Source: Syntrophomonadaceae bacterium (GTDB taxonomy: Bacteria > Bacillota > Dethiobacteria > DTU022). From it: 64,000 nucleotides of DNA. The notes beneath the pieces were generated by a model. It did no database searches. It was not told the origin of the DNA and saw only the letters and a list, made by a program, of their open reading frames with translations. Numbering within the stretch: position 1 is the first letter of the stretch; each line of letters begins with the position of its first letter. Below are positions 9,211 through 19,167 of this stretch, piece by piece. Position numbers and translations under genes: made by a program. The stretch spans positions 3,095-67,094 of the forward strand of contig PWYU01000052.1 of the NCBI GenBank assembly GCA_003567725.1, read 5' to 3'.

Positions 9211-10736
9211 CAGGAGTCAATTTGGGCAAGAAAAACCTCGGCCTGCTGCTTAATCATGTATTTTTGCTCGTCGCTCATACGATCCAGATTTCGGTATGGA
9301 AGCCCCATACGAGGATTTGGTCTAAGCCGGTCTTCGTTAATAATCAAAAAATACCAGTACAGATAATTGAAAGGGCAGGCTCCGGCGCCCAGTTTCAGCC
9401 GAGGGTTATAGACGCACTCTGAGCAGTAGTCGGACATCCTGTTGATATAGGCGCCGGAGGCGGCATAGGGTTTTGAACTAAGCAGGCCGCCATCAGCATA
9501 GAGAGCCATGCTATGGGTATTCGGCAGTTCAACCCAATCATAGGCGTCGGCATAGACAATCAAATACCATTCTTCCACCTGGGACGGTTCAATACCGGCC
9601 AGAAGTGCAAAATTGCCGGTAATCATTAGACGCTGGATATGATGGGCATAGGCGTTTCGGCTGGTAACTTCGATAGTTTCACGCAAGCAGTTTAATTCTG
9701 TATCGCCCGACCAGTAAAAGGAAGGAAGTGAACGGGTAGCTGCAAAATAATTGGTTTTTTTATAGGCGGGCATATACATCCAGTAAAAACCCCGGATATA
9801 TTCACGCCAGCCGATAATCTGCCTTAAGAAGCCTTCAGCCGAGTTAAGCGGGACTGATCCCTGGTTGTAGGCTTGCATAACTGCTGAGCAGACTTCCCCG
9901 GGAATGAGCAGGCCTAAGTTAAGATAAGGTGAAATGGCTGCATGAAAAATAAATTCCTCACCGCTCTTCATAGCATCCTGGTAATCTCCAAACCACGGCA
10001 ATCCATGCTCGATGAAATCCTGGAGAGCTTCCAGCGCTTCAGCCCGGGTTACCGCCCAGCCAAAAGATTCCAGGTCACCAAAGTGATGAGAAAACATTTT
10101 TTCAACCAGGTTCACAACCTCCACCGTAATAGCATCCAGCTTGAATCTCTTTCGAGGCGGTATAACCAGCTTTTTAGTCAATGCCCTGCGGTTTGAAGAG
10201 TCATAGTTCCAGCTACCCCCTTCCGGTTCACTACCATTCATGAGGAAACCGGTCCGGCGGCGCATCCAGCGGTAAAAGTACTCCATGCGCAGAGTTTTTC
10301 GTCCGGCAGACCAGCGGGTAAATTCTGCCTGTGAACAGAGAAAACGGTTATCATCTCGAATTTCAACCTGGAGGCCCGGTGTAGTTTTAAAACCTTCTAT
10401 TATCTCCCGCACCCGCCACTCGCCGGGTTCGGTAATAATTACTTTTTCAACCTGGTGGCGTTTAATTGCTCGTTTTAGTTCACCGCTGAAAGAGCCCGTA
10501 TTGTTCTTTTCATCAAGATAGATATAGTCTACCCTGATGCTTTCATTGCGCAGTGATTCGGCAAAATGGCGCATGGCGGAAAGAACCAGGACAAGCTTCT
10601 GCTGGTGGTGGCGAACAGAAGTGGCTTCGTCCCAGACTTCTGTCATCAAAACCAAATCATGATCGGGATCTATACCATGCAGGGCGCTAATATTCCTACT
10701 AAGTTGATCACCCATAATTAGACGCAAAGTTTTCAA
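9207..10736 (-). CDS. Fe-S bacterial cryptochrome/photolyase family protein (FeS-BCP, (6-4) photolyase PhrB-like, COG3046)
   Basis: 509 aa with an N-terminal LRLIMGDQLS. The C-terminus carries the Cys pattern C-x2-C-x12-C (CSECVYNPRLKLGAGAC) plus the upstream Cys in ELNCLRE. This matches the 4Fe-4S ligands of the PhrB/CryB class. Confidence 0.8.
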   Translation of the reverse strand: MKTLRLIMGDQLSRNISALHGIDPDHDLVLMTEVWDEATSVRHHQQKLVLVLSAMRHFAESLRNESIRVDYIYLDEKNNTGSFSGELKRAIKRHQVEKVIITEPGEWRVREIIEGFKTTPGLQVEIRDDNRFLCSQAEFTRWSAGRKTLRMEYFYRWMRRRTGFLMNGSEPEGGSWNYDSSNRRALTKKLVIPPRKRFKLDAITVEVVNLVEKMFSHHFGDLESFGWAVTRAEALEALQDFIEHGLPWFGDYQDAMKSGEEFIFHAAISPYLNLGLLIPGEVCSAVMQAYNQGSVPLNSAEGFLRQIIGWREYIRGFYWMYMPAYKKTNYFAATRSLPSFYWSGDTELNCLRETIEVTSRNAYAHHIQRLMITGNFALLAGIEPSQVEEWYLIVYADAYDWVELPNTHSMALYADGGLLSSKPYAASGAYINRMSDYCSECVYNPRLKLGAGACPFNYLYWYFLIINEDRLRPNPRMGLPYRNLDRMSDEQKYMIKQQAEVFLAQIDSC

Positions 10737-10773
10737 AGACCCGAAAGCCTCCTTTGCAAATATTTAATAACTA

Positions 10774-10850
10774 GTAACTACTCATTCTATTGTCTTTGCT
10801 TAATGATAAGCGGCGCCATGGGGACGGTTCCACCGTCCCCTGTGGCTTAT
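10774..10850 (+). repeat. MITE-like repeat, copy 2 (short variant, distal end diverged)
   Basis: GTAACTACTCATTCTATTGTCTTTGCTTAATGATAAGCGGCGCCATGGGGACGGTTCCACCGTCCCCTGTGGCTTATAG. No second terminal repeat is present. Confidence 0.75.
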
Positions 10851-11085
10851 AGTATAATGCATGCTCTACTATTACAAGCTGTATAGAAGGTGAAAATAAT
10901 AATGTTCTTAAACCATCATAACAATAATTTTGCTGTTAATGCCATTCGCTTTTAAAAAGGAGATAGAACTTTTATAAAAACAGCGCCGTTTTTCTTTATT
11001 CCAGGTCAGACTAGGTGTATAGTATAGATAAAGACATCACCTCATATTGCGTAGAGTATGATCAATAATAGGAGCTGAAACCCTA

Positions 11086-12159
11086 ATGAAAGAAAATACC
11101 TTAAAGAAGATTTTACCGATCCTTTTGGCCCTAATAATATTGTCCTCCTTAGCCGGCTGTGCCCCTGAGGAAATAACAGATGAAGAAGAAGTAATGGAAA
11201 TAAAATTCAGCACCTGGCATGTGCCAGCCAGTGCTGAATGCACAGCTGTTTGGGATCCCATGCTTGAGGAGCTGGAAAAACAAAGCGAAGGTAGGATAGA
11301 AACAACCACCTATTACGGTGGAGCACTGGGAGCTGGTGAAGATCATTACGACATTGTAGCCGACGGCCTTTCAGATATGGGCTATTTTACCGCTACCTGG
11401 ACACCCGGCCGGTTTCCCTTAAGCGATGTCCTCTCTATGCCGGTTTTTGTTTACGGAAAAGATGTAGCCGTAGAAATAGGAAATGCTATGTATGAAAAAA
11501 TACTTTACCAGGAATTTGAAGAAGTAAAAATATTAAACTTAAATGGCTGCATTCAATCTTACTTTTGGACGACTGAACCGGTGGAAACTCTAGAAGAGGT
11601 CCGGGGATTAAGAATGAGATCACCGGGGGGTTTGCAAACTTACATGATTGAAGCATTGGGCGCAGAACCCGTCTTTATGCCCCTGGGAGATGTTTACATG
11701 GCCATGGAGCTGGGCGACATCGACGGCATTGTAACCTGCCCCCAGCTTTATTATGCTTTTAGTCTTTATGAAGCAGCCAACCATGCCGTGGTTGCATCTT
11801 TCGGCTGTGTTACAGAAGGAGTGGCCATGAACCTGGATACTTACGAGCAAGCTCCGGAAGATCTAAAGTCGATTATCGATGAAGTAACAGATAACCCCTT
11901 TAAATTAACAGGAGGTTTAACAGTTGATGCCATTGACGAAATCATGCAAAACCTGGTTGAAGAAGGAGTAGAGTTTTACGAGCTGCCTGATGAAGAAGCA
12001 CAGCGCTGGAACGACTTGTTTTCGGAAAAAGTTGTGCTCCGGTGGGTCAAACAAATGGAAGCCCAGGGTTTGCCTGGTGAAGAGGCCTTAAAGCTATACA
12101 AAGAAGAGCTCGACAAGCATGGAGTTGAATTCCCTGCTTACCCGGAAGATTGGAACTGA
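11086..12159 (+). CDS. TRAP transporter substrate-binding lipoprotein (DctP family)
   Basis: 357 aa with a lipobox (LSSLAGC) and DctP-like length. Sits directly upstream of the small and large TRAP permease genes. Confidence 0.8.
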   Translation: MKENTLKKILPILLALIILSSLAGCAPEEITDEEEVMEIKFSTWHVPASAECTAVWDPMLEELEKQSEGRIETTTYYGGALGAGEDHYDIVADGLSDMGYFTATWTPGRFPLSDVLSMPVFVYGKDVAVEIGNAMYEKILYQEFEEVKILNLNGCIQSYFWTTEPVETLEEVRGLRMRSPGGLQTYMIEALGAEPVFMPLGDVYMAMELGDIDGIVTCPQLYYAFSLYEAANHAVVASFGCVTEGVAMNLDTYEQAPEDLKSIIDEVTDNPFKLTGGLTVDAIDEIMQNLVEEGVEFYELPDEEAQRWNDLFSEKVVLRWVKQMEAQGLPGEEALKLYKEELDKHGVEFPAYPEDWN

Positions 12160-12194
12160 TAAATCCGCCATTACTGTGAAAGGATACTATATTA

Positions 12195-12734
12195 ATGCAG
12201 CGGCTGAAAGCAATAAAAAAAGCCATCCAAAAAACAACCTATTATTTTTGTGCCGTTAGCATGTTTGCGCTTATCCCCATGATGTTTCTTACAACCATAG
12301 ATGTTATAGGCCGCTCCGTTTTTTCCTGGCCCATCAGCGGTGCTGTCGAACTGTCCCGCTATATGCTGGTTATAGTTATCCTGTTAGGTTTGGCCTATAC
12401 TCAGCAAACCAAGGGGCATCCCCGGGTTACCCTTTTAGTTTCACGGTTTCCTCTGAAAATCCAGCTGGTTATTGAAATGCTGATTAACCTGTTAAATATG
12501 TTTATTGTTGTTATCCTGATATGGCAGGGCTGGGTTGTCGCCCACGGAGGAGCAGCTGCCATAGTCTCTGACGTTCTGCGTATTTCTCAATACCCTTTCA
12601 GGCTGCTGGTCTCTCTGGGCGGGACATTGCTTTTTTTAGAGCTGCTGGTTGACTTTATAACAGCGGCCAGTCGGCTTCTCGGCAAGAAATCAATAAAAAC
12701 CGGGTATGATAAAACAGCCTCACCAGTTAAATAA
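12195..12734 (+). CDS. TRAP transporter small permease (DctQ family)
   Basis: 179 aa with 4 TM helices, positioned between the DctP-like and DctM-like genes. Confidence 0.8.
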   Translation: MQRLKAIKKAIQKTTYYFCAVSMFALIPMMFLTTIDVIGRSVFSWPISGAVELSRYMLVIVILLGLAYTQQTKGHPRVTLLVSRFPLKIQLVIEMLINLLNMFIVVILIWQGWVVAHGGAAAIVSDVLRISQYPFRLLVSLGGTLLFLELLVDFITAASRLLGKKSIKTGYDKTASPVK

Positions 12735-12746
12735 GGAGGAACAATC

Positions 12747-14060
12747 TTGGATCCTGTTTATGTCGGTATAATCGGCACAATCATCGCCTTCCTTCTGCTC
12801 TTCCTGGGTATGCCCATTGCCCTGGCTCTGATGCTGGTCGGTTTTGCAGGCATCTGGCATTTGTCGTCACTTGGAGCAGCGCTTCCGGTAGCATCACGAA
12901 CAATCTATGATGTGGCCAGCAATTATTCTTATATTGTTATCCCCCTTTTTCTCCTTATGGGCGCTTTTGCGACCAGCAGCAAATTGATTGAAAACCTCTA
13001 CAGCACCTTTGATAAATGGCTGCGCCGTTTTCCCGGCGGCCTTGGCGCAGCAACTATTGCTGCCTGCGCCGGCTTTTCAGCCGTTTCGGGCTCTTCTGTA
13101 GCTACCGCTGCTGCAATGGGAGCTATAGCTTACCCAGAAATGAAAAAACATCATTACTCTCCACGTCTGGCCACAGGGACCATTGCCGCCGGAGGAACCC
13201 TGGGCTTTTTAATCCCGCCCAGTATCGGATTTGTAGTCTATGGGATGCTGGTTGAACAATCCATAGGGCGGCTGCTGATGGCAGGGGTTGTGCCCGGCCT
13301 GGTCCTGGCTGCCACCTTTGTGCTTATTATTATAATCCAGGTTAAAATAAACCCTGCATTGGCCCCCGGCAAACCGGAACCGGTTAGCTTCACAGAAAAA
13401 ATCAGAGCATTAAAAGGTGTATGGGAAATCCTGCTGGTGTTTTTAATCGTCATGGGAGGCATTTATAGAGGGTGGTTCAGCCCGACGGAAGCAGGAGCTA
13501 CCGGCGCTACGCTGCTCTTTTTTATAGCTCTGGCGAAAAGAAAACTAAATTTTAAAAGCCTGTTTCAGGCCATGCAGGAAACAATTCGAGTTTCTGTAAT
13601 GGTTTTGTTTATGATAGCCGGAGCAACAGTTTTTAGCTATTTCCTGGCTATATCAACCATACCGGCCCAGCTGGCCGGTTGGGTCATACAGCTTGACGTT
13701 TCGCCCTTCGCGATTTTGGCAATAATTCTAATGATCTATTTTTTCCTTGGCTGTTTTATTGATGCAGTATCAATGATGGTCCTCACTTTGCCGGTTATCT
13801 ACCCTTTAATTTTAGCCCTGGGTTTTGATCCCATCTTTTTTGGGGTTGTATGTGTTTTGATGATGCAAGTGGGCTTGATTACACCACCCATGGGCCTTAA
13901 CTTATACACTATTGCGGGCACCATAAGAGAGGTTCCGCTGGAAGAAATATTTATGGGAGCCCTGCCCTTTGTAATCCCTATTTTTGTAATAGTAATCTTA
14001 ATAACCATCTTTCCCCAAATTGCCCTTTTTTTACCGGAAGCAATGCTCGGCAGACAGTAA
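12747..14060 (+). CDS. TRAP transporter large permease (DctM family)
   Basis: 437 aa, polytopic. TTG start 7 nt after AAGGAGG. Typical DctM length and composition. Confidence 0.85.
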   Translation: MDPVYVGIIGTIIAFLLLFLGMPIALALMLVGFAGIWHLSSLGAALPVASRTIYDVASNYSYIVIPLFLLMGAFATSSKLIENLYSTFDKWLRRFPGGLGAATIAACAGFSAVSGSSVATAAAMGAIAYPEMKKHHYSPRLATGTIAAGGTLGFLIPPSIGFVVYGMLVEQSIGRLLMAGVVPGLVLAATFVLIIIIQVKINPALAPGKPEPVSFTEKIRALKGVWEILLVFLIVMGGIYRGWFSPTEAGATGATLLFFIALAKRKLNFKSLFQAMQETIRVSVMVLFMIAGATVFSYFLAISTIPAQLAGWVIQLDVSPFAILAIILMIYFFLGCFIDAVSMMVLTLPVIYPLILALGFDPIFFGVVCVLMMQVGLITPPMGLNLYTIAGTIREVPLEEIFMGALPFVIPIFVIVILITIFPQIALFLPEAMLGRQ

Positions 14061-14202
14061 GACAGGGAGTAAAAATTATGAACTATAAAATGCAGGTTTT
14101 AGCAACTTCTTACTGGCTATTATCATAACGATAATCTTTACTATTGTTGTCCTTTCCCATCGGTAAAGCCCGGCCAGATTACAAGAAAGGGCGGTCTTAA
14201 AT

Positions 14203-15696
14203 ATGACAAGAGTGATAGTTTTTATTACAGCATGCACAGCATTGGTTCTTATAGCCATAGCAGACCCATTTTATGCTGCTTCTGTTGAAAATCTCGATAC
14301 CGGTGCGGTAGATGCCTATATCGAAAAGGAAATGCGCGCTTCCCGCATCCCCGGGCTTGCCCTTGGAATCGTTCAAGATGGTGAAATCATCTATCTAAAG
14401 GGATACGGAAGCGCGGGAAGCGGGAGAGAGGTTGCGCCCGAAACCCCTTTCATAATTGGCTCCTTGAGCAAATCGTTTACTGCAGCAGCCGCCATGCAAC
14501 TGGTTGAAACCGGCAAACTTGAACTTGACGAGCCGGTAAAAACATACCTGCCCTGGTTCAGCATGGCTGGCGAATATGATGCGGATGAAATAACTGTACG
14601 CCATCTTCTGGTACAGACCAGCGGCATTCCCAACCTGGCCGGAGTTACCAGCCTGGCCGAAAGCAGCACCAAACGCCTGGAAGAAGAAGTAAGAGGTTTA
14701 AGCAATACCTCCCTGGAACACAGACCGGGTGAAGCCTATATATATTCCAACGCCAATTATCTTATTTTAGGCCTGCTCATTGAAGCAGTAACCGGGCAGG
14801 ATTATTCCGAATATGTCCATTCCAGTTTATTTGAATCCCTGGCAATGGAAAACAGTTACCTTTCCAAACATGAAGGTGAAACCGGCAGTATGGCTTCCGG
14901 GCACGTTCGCTGGTTCGGGACTGCCATAGAATCCGATGTCCAGTACCTGGACAACTCTTTAGCCGCCGGGTTTATTATATCGAGCGCAGAGGATATGTGC
15001 CGCTATATGTTAATGCATATAAACCAGGGCAGCTATAAGGGGATTGATGTGCTTTCCACAGGCAGCGTCAATGAAATCCACCGGCCGGGAATAGTCACAG
15101 AGGACGGCGGCGGTTATGCCATGGGCCTTTTGAAAAGAATAGAAAATGACACCGTGATCATGAACCATGATGGATCCACTCAGGGCTTTAATGCCGCAAT
15201 GGCCTTTTCTCCTGAAGATCAGTGGGCGGTAGTGGTCCTAACCAACACCAGCGGCCAGATTGAAATACCGGCCGGCTCCATAACCATGGGTGTGGCAGAG
15301 TTTTTGATGGGAAGGGAACCGGTAAACAGCTCCAGGGTACCATTTTTTATATACCTGACCCTGCTAATATTAATACTCATGCTCATATCTTTAGTGATCA
15401 GATCTATCATTATCCTTCCCCGTAAATGGGGAAATAACATTAAAGCCAAACGCCCCCGGGGAATTCCCAGCCTGCTCAGAAAAGTAATCCTGCCTCTGCT
15501 GCTGGAACTTTTCGTACCATTTATCATTTTGTATTACATTCCTGCCGGTGCCGGTTTTTCAGTCTGGCAGCTGCTGGCCCTGTTTCACCCGGACCTGGTT
15601 TATGGGATCATCCTGCTATCCTTACTGATGCTGGCTAAAGCTTTATGGCGCGCTTTCATCGCTATTAAAATTCTATCAGCCCCGGGCCGAGCCTGA
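14203..15696 (+). CDS. serine hydrolase (beta-lactamase/PBP4*-like) with C-terminal multi-TM extension
   Basis: 497 aa with a signal/anchor and an SxxK motif (GSLSKSF). The YSNANY motif is typical of class-C-related hydrolases. The last ~130 aa form 3-4 TM helices. Confidence 0.8.
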   Translation: MTRVIVFITACTALVLIAIADPFYAASVENLDTGAVDAYIEKEMRASRIPGLALGIVQDGEIIYLKGYGSAGSGREVAPETPFIIGSLSKSFTAAAAMQLVETGKLELDEPVKTYLPWFSMAGEYDADEITVRHLLVQTSGIPNLAGVTSLAESSTKRLEEEVRGLSNTSLEHRPGEAYIYSNANYLILGLLIEAVTGQDYSEYVHSSLFESLAMENSYLSKHEGETGSMASGHVRWFGTAIESDVQYLDNSLAAGFIISSAEDMCRYMLMHINQGSYKGIDVLSTGSVNEIHRPGIVTEDGGGYAMGLLKRIENDTVIMNHDGSTQGFNAAMAFSPEDQWAVVVLTNTSGQIEIPAGSITMGVAEFLMGREPVNSSRVPFFIYLTLLILILMLISLVIRSIIILPRKWGNNIKAKRPRGIPSLLRKVILPLLLELFVPFIILYYIPAGAGFSVWQLLALFHPDLVYGIILLSLLMLAKALWRAFIAIKILSAPGRA

Positions 15697-15825
15697 TCAG
15701 AAAATAGAAATAAGACTGCCCCAAACAACAAAAAGACTTCCACTTATTATTTCCTATATGAAGCGGAAGCCTTTTGGTGATTTGTTTTATATTCCCTGCG
15801 GCATGCAGTGTGAAACCCTTACTCT

Positions 15826-16899
15826 TTACCAGTGGTATTTAAAAAAGTTGGCCTCCTGTTCGTAAGGTTTAACAAGATCTTCCAGGCGCTTAATTTCATC
15901 AGCGGGCAGTTTTTTAAAATCAGCGGCTATGCAGGCATTCTCATCCACCTCATCCTGATTGGAAATACCTACAATGGCTGTACTGATGGGAAATGAAAAT
16001 ACATAATCAAGAGCCTGCTTCATGTTTTGAAGGCCACTTTCTTGGAAAATGCGCCCCCTGGCGGTAACTTTCATTGCTATGATGCCCATGTCCTTATTAA
16101 CCGCTTCCTGGAGCAGTTTTTCCTGAAACGGGACATAATGAATATCTCCGGCATTAAAGCTCATTAAGAGGCAATCAAAGGGGTACTCATTGATACCCTG
16201 CAGCAGGATATCGGGGTCCTTGTGGCTGGTAATTCCCATATAACGTATTACCCCTTCGTCTTTGAGTTTTTCCAGGGCTTTAATGGCACCGCTTTCAGCA
16301 AAGATGCTTTCCAGGTCTCCTGCAGTCCGCACATTGTGGAGCTGATATAGATCAATGTGATCGGTGCGCAGGCGGTTCAAACTTTGTTCAATCAAGCGCA
16401 TGGTACCATCATAGCTGCGGTCGCCGGTTTTAGTGGCTAAAAATACTTCTTCACGGCGGTATTCCATTACCAGACCAATATTGCTTTCACTGCCGCCCCC
16501 GCCGTAAGTCGGAGCGGTATCGATATAGTTGACTCCTTTATCGATAGCCCTGTTGATGATTTCTTCAGCTTCATCAGCCCGGCCTGATTGCTCTACGGTT
16601 GCTTCACCACCCAGGCTAAAAAGAGAAACAGCATAACCGGTTTTGCCCAGTGTCCTGCGGGGGATCATTTTATCACCCTCCTCGGGGCCAGTATCTTTTT
16701 TACCCTCTTCCTTCTCTTTCTTTTCTTCCTTATCATCTGCTCTTTCATTTCCAACAGCAATGTCATGCTCTTCCGCTTTTTCAGAAGCAGTCTCTTCCTC
16801 TTCATCCCATAAGCGGTAAGCAAGGCCGCCTAAACCGACAAACACTAAGATCGCAGCCAGCCAACCAATCATTTTCTTTATGAAAATCCGGCGTTTCAT
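15826..16899 (-). CDS. aldo/keto reductase with N-terminal RR-containing anchor and charged linker
   Basis: 357 aa. The AKR core (LGKTGYAVSLFSLGG..., IDTAPTYGGGGSE, IDLYQLHN) is preceded by MKRRIFIKK + TM helix + ~55 aa of E/K/D-rich linker. Confidence 0.8.
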   Translation of the reverse strand: MKRRIFIKKMIGWLAAILVFVGLGGLAYRLWDEEEETASEKAEEHDIAVGNERADDKEEKKEKEEGKKDTGPEEGDKMIPRRTLGKTGYAVSLFSLGGEATVEQSGRADEAEEIINRAIDKGVNYIDTAPTYGGGGSESNIGLVMEYRREEVFLATKTGDRSYDGTMRLIEQSLNRLRTDHIDLYQLHNVRTAGDLESIFAESGAIKALEKLKDEGVIRYMGITSHKDPDILLQGINEYPFDCLLMSFNAGDIHYVPFQEKLLQEAVNKDMGIIAMKVTARGRIFQESGLQNMKQALDYVFSFPISTAIVGISNQDEVDENACIAADFKKLPADEIKRLEDLVKPYEQEANFFKYHW

Positions 16900-17198
16900 G
16901 TTACAACCCTCCCGGTAATCTTACAATTACTTGATCAATACTATAACATGTATGGCTGCACATTTCACATCATCGCTGCGGCAGCTGCTGGCCAGACCAA
17001 CCTTTCTACCTGCAAAGCTATAGTGGGGTATAGATCTTAATATGATCATTCAATTGCAAAAGTTCATTTTCCTTTTGGATTTGAGTTAAAAGATCTATAG
17101 CGTCTGATTGAAAACAGGATACCAGGCGGATTATGAAGAAATACTTAGCAATTGAAAAACAATGTAAGAACCCTATTATACTTACAGGAGAGATGATC

Positions 17199-18362
17199 AT
17201 GTTAAATAGCTATGGCTTTCACCTACCCACCAGGATCAAAATCGGAACAGGAATACTAAAGGAAGCCGGTAAACTGGCGGCTGAAATAACAACTGGCAGG
17301 AGAGCTTTTATTGTAACCGATCCCGGGGTAAAAGCAGCCGGGATTGCCGGCAGGGTAAAATCCTCCCTGACTGACGCGGGATTTGATTGTTATTTGTATG
17401 AAGAAGTTAAACCCAATCCCAAAGATAAAGACTGTGAAAGAGGCGGTAAAGAAGCCCGGAACTTTGAAGCCGATCTTATAGTGGCCGTGGGAGGTGGCTC
17501 GGTTATAGATTCAGCCAAGGCCATTGCCCTGCTGCAAACCTTTGGCGGTTCGCTGGCTGCTTATGAAGGCCGGGGCACTGTACCTGGAGCATTAACTCCG
17601 GTTATTGCCATACCGACTACGGCGGGAACCGGCTCGGAAGTTACCAGGTCAGCGGTAATCAATGATACAAAGCGCAGCATCAAAATATCAGTTAAAGACA
17701 TAAAGCTCACCCCAAAGCTGGCCGTAGTAGATCCCGAAACCACCTATACTCTGCCTGTAGGGTTGACTGCTTCTACCGGTATGGATGCCCTAATCCATGC
17801 CATCGAAGCTTATACCTGCCGTAAAGCCAATCCCTTTTCAGACGCTATGGCTCTGGCCGCCATGGAAAAGCTGTATCCTGCACTACCGGTAGTAGTAGAT
17901 AATGGCAGCAACAAGGCAGCCCGCACCGATATGATGATCGGCTCTGTCATGGCCGGTATCGCTTTTTCTCATGCCGATGTGGGCGCCGTCCACTGTCTGG
18001 CTGAAGCTGTGGGCGGCCTGTATGATACAGCACACGGCATCGCCAACTCCATCTTTTTACCTTCAGTTACCGCCTTCAATGCCGAAGCAGCCCCGGTGCG
18101 CCATGCCCGCGCAGCGTCAGCCTGTGGATTGGATATAACAAACTTAAGGCCAGAAGAAGCTTCCAGGAGGCTGGCGCAAGAACTGGCTCATATTTCATCA
18201 GAAATTGGCATCCCAAAGTTCAGCGAACTGGAGAAAATTAATCCTCAAGATTTTGAATACCTGGCCGAAATATCTGAACAAAACGGCTCATCTGAAAGTA
18301 ACTGCCGCTCTATAAGAAAAAACGACTATCTGAAAATATTGCAGGACTGTTATAACAACTGA
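17199..18362 (+). CDS. iron-containing (group III) alcohol dehydrogenase
   Basis: GGGSVIDSAK and the histidine-rich metal-site region (HAIEAY..., HADVGAVHCLAE). Start moved to ATG 17199 because of GGAG at 17187-17190; the track ORF begins at 17133. Confidence 0.85.
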   Translation: MLNSYGFHLPTRIKIGTGILKEAGKLAAEITTGRRAFIVTDPGVKAAGIAGRVKSSLTDAGFDCYLYEEVKPNPKDKDCERGGKEARNFEADLIVAVGGGSVIDSAKAIALLQTFGGSLAAYEGRGTVPGALTPVIAIPTTAGTGSEVTRSAVINDTKRSIKISVKDIKLTPKLAVVDPETTYTLPVGLTASTGMDALIHAIEAYTCRKANPFSDAMALAAMEKLYPALPVVVDNGSNKAARTDMMIGSVMAGIAFSHADVGAVHCLAEAVGGLYDTAHGIANSIFLPSVTAFNAEAAPVRHARAASACGLDITNLRPEEASRRLAQELAHISSEIGIPKFSELEKINPQDFEYLAEISEQNGSSESNCRSIRKNDYLKILQDCYNN

Positions 18363-18512
18363 AAAATAAAAAAGCAGAGTCAATATCCAGTAATTAAGGC
18401 AGAGACCAGGATGCGGGTAGGCGCAGGGCAGGAAAATCAAGATCAGATATAACCTGCAGAGCCCCGCCTTCGGCCATTGCAAAGTTAACAATTACTAAAT
18501 TGACAGAACGCC

Positions 18513-19004
18513 TTAATCTATGAGCATATACCGAAGGAAACAAACATCAAACGGCAAATGGTCAAATGTTTTTCGACCCGATTCAACAAACCCGAGGCTT
18601 TTATACCAGTTTTTAAGGATTTCATGTTCATCAATAATTGCTATAGAAATATTTGTCCCGCCTTCTTCTTTGACCCTCCTTAAAGAATCAAGCACCAGTC
18701 TCCTGCCGAAACCCTGCTGTCTTTTCTCGGGGACAACAGCAAGCCTTTCCAGGTAATAGGTTTGCTGCCAGGCTTTTTCAAGAGCGTAACAGCCAATTAT
18801 AATTTCCTGTTCATAACAGCCATAGTAATTAATATCCTTTTTTTCTGCGCTTTTCAACAATGCCTCTTTATTGATAAAAGCAGGATTGCTTGGGGCGTTA
18901 TCAGGAGTAATATTGAAATCATCGGCCACCGTAATAAAAGATTTCCTGATTACTGCTACCAATTGTTCTATCTCTGTATTTAAATCTATTTTTCTTATAA
19001 TCAA
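18513..19004 (-). CDS. GNAT family N-acetyltransferase
   Basis: 163 aa with the acetyl-CoA motif RQQGFGRRL. TTG start after GGGGAGTGA. Confidence 0.8.
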   Translation of the reverse strand: MIIRKIDLNTEIEQLVAVIRKSFITVADDFNITPDNAPSNPAFINKEALLKSAEKKDINYYGCYEQEIIIGCYALEKAWQQTYYLERLAVVPEKRQQGFGRRLVLDSLRRVKEEGGTNISIAIIDEHEILKNWYKSLGFVESGRKTFDHLPFDVCFLRYMLID

Positions 19005-19167
19005 AAAGCTTCACTCCCCGTATAAATTAATCAAGAAGGCTATAACCAGTTGACAGACACTGTAAAGTGTTACCTTACAATTTAGCGTTTAGGTTCTAAG
19101 CGCTAAATTTACGCGCAAATTTGGCAAGGCTTTTTTAGCAATCCCTTATGCATCCTTTTAATAATAC

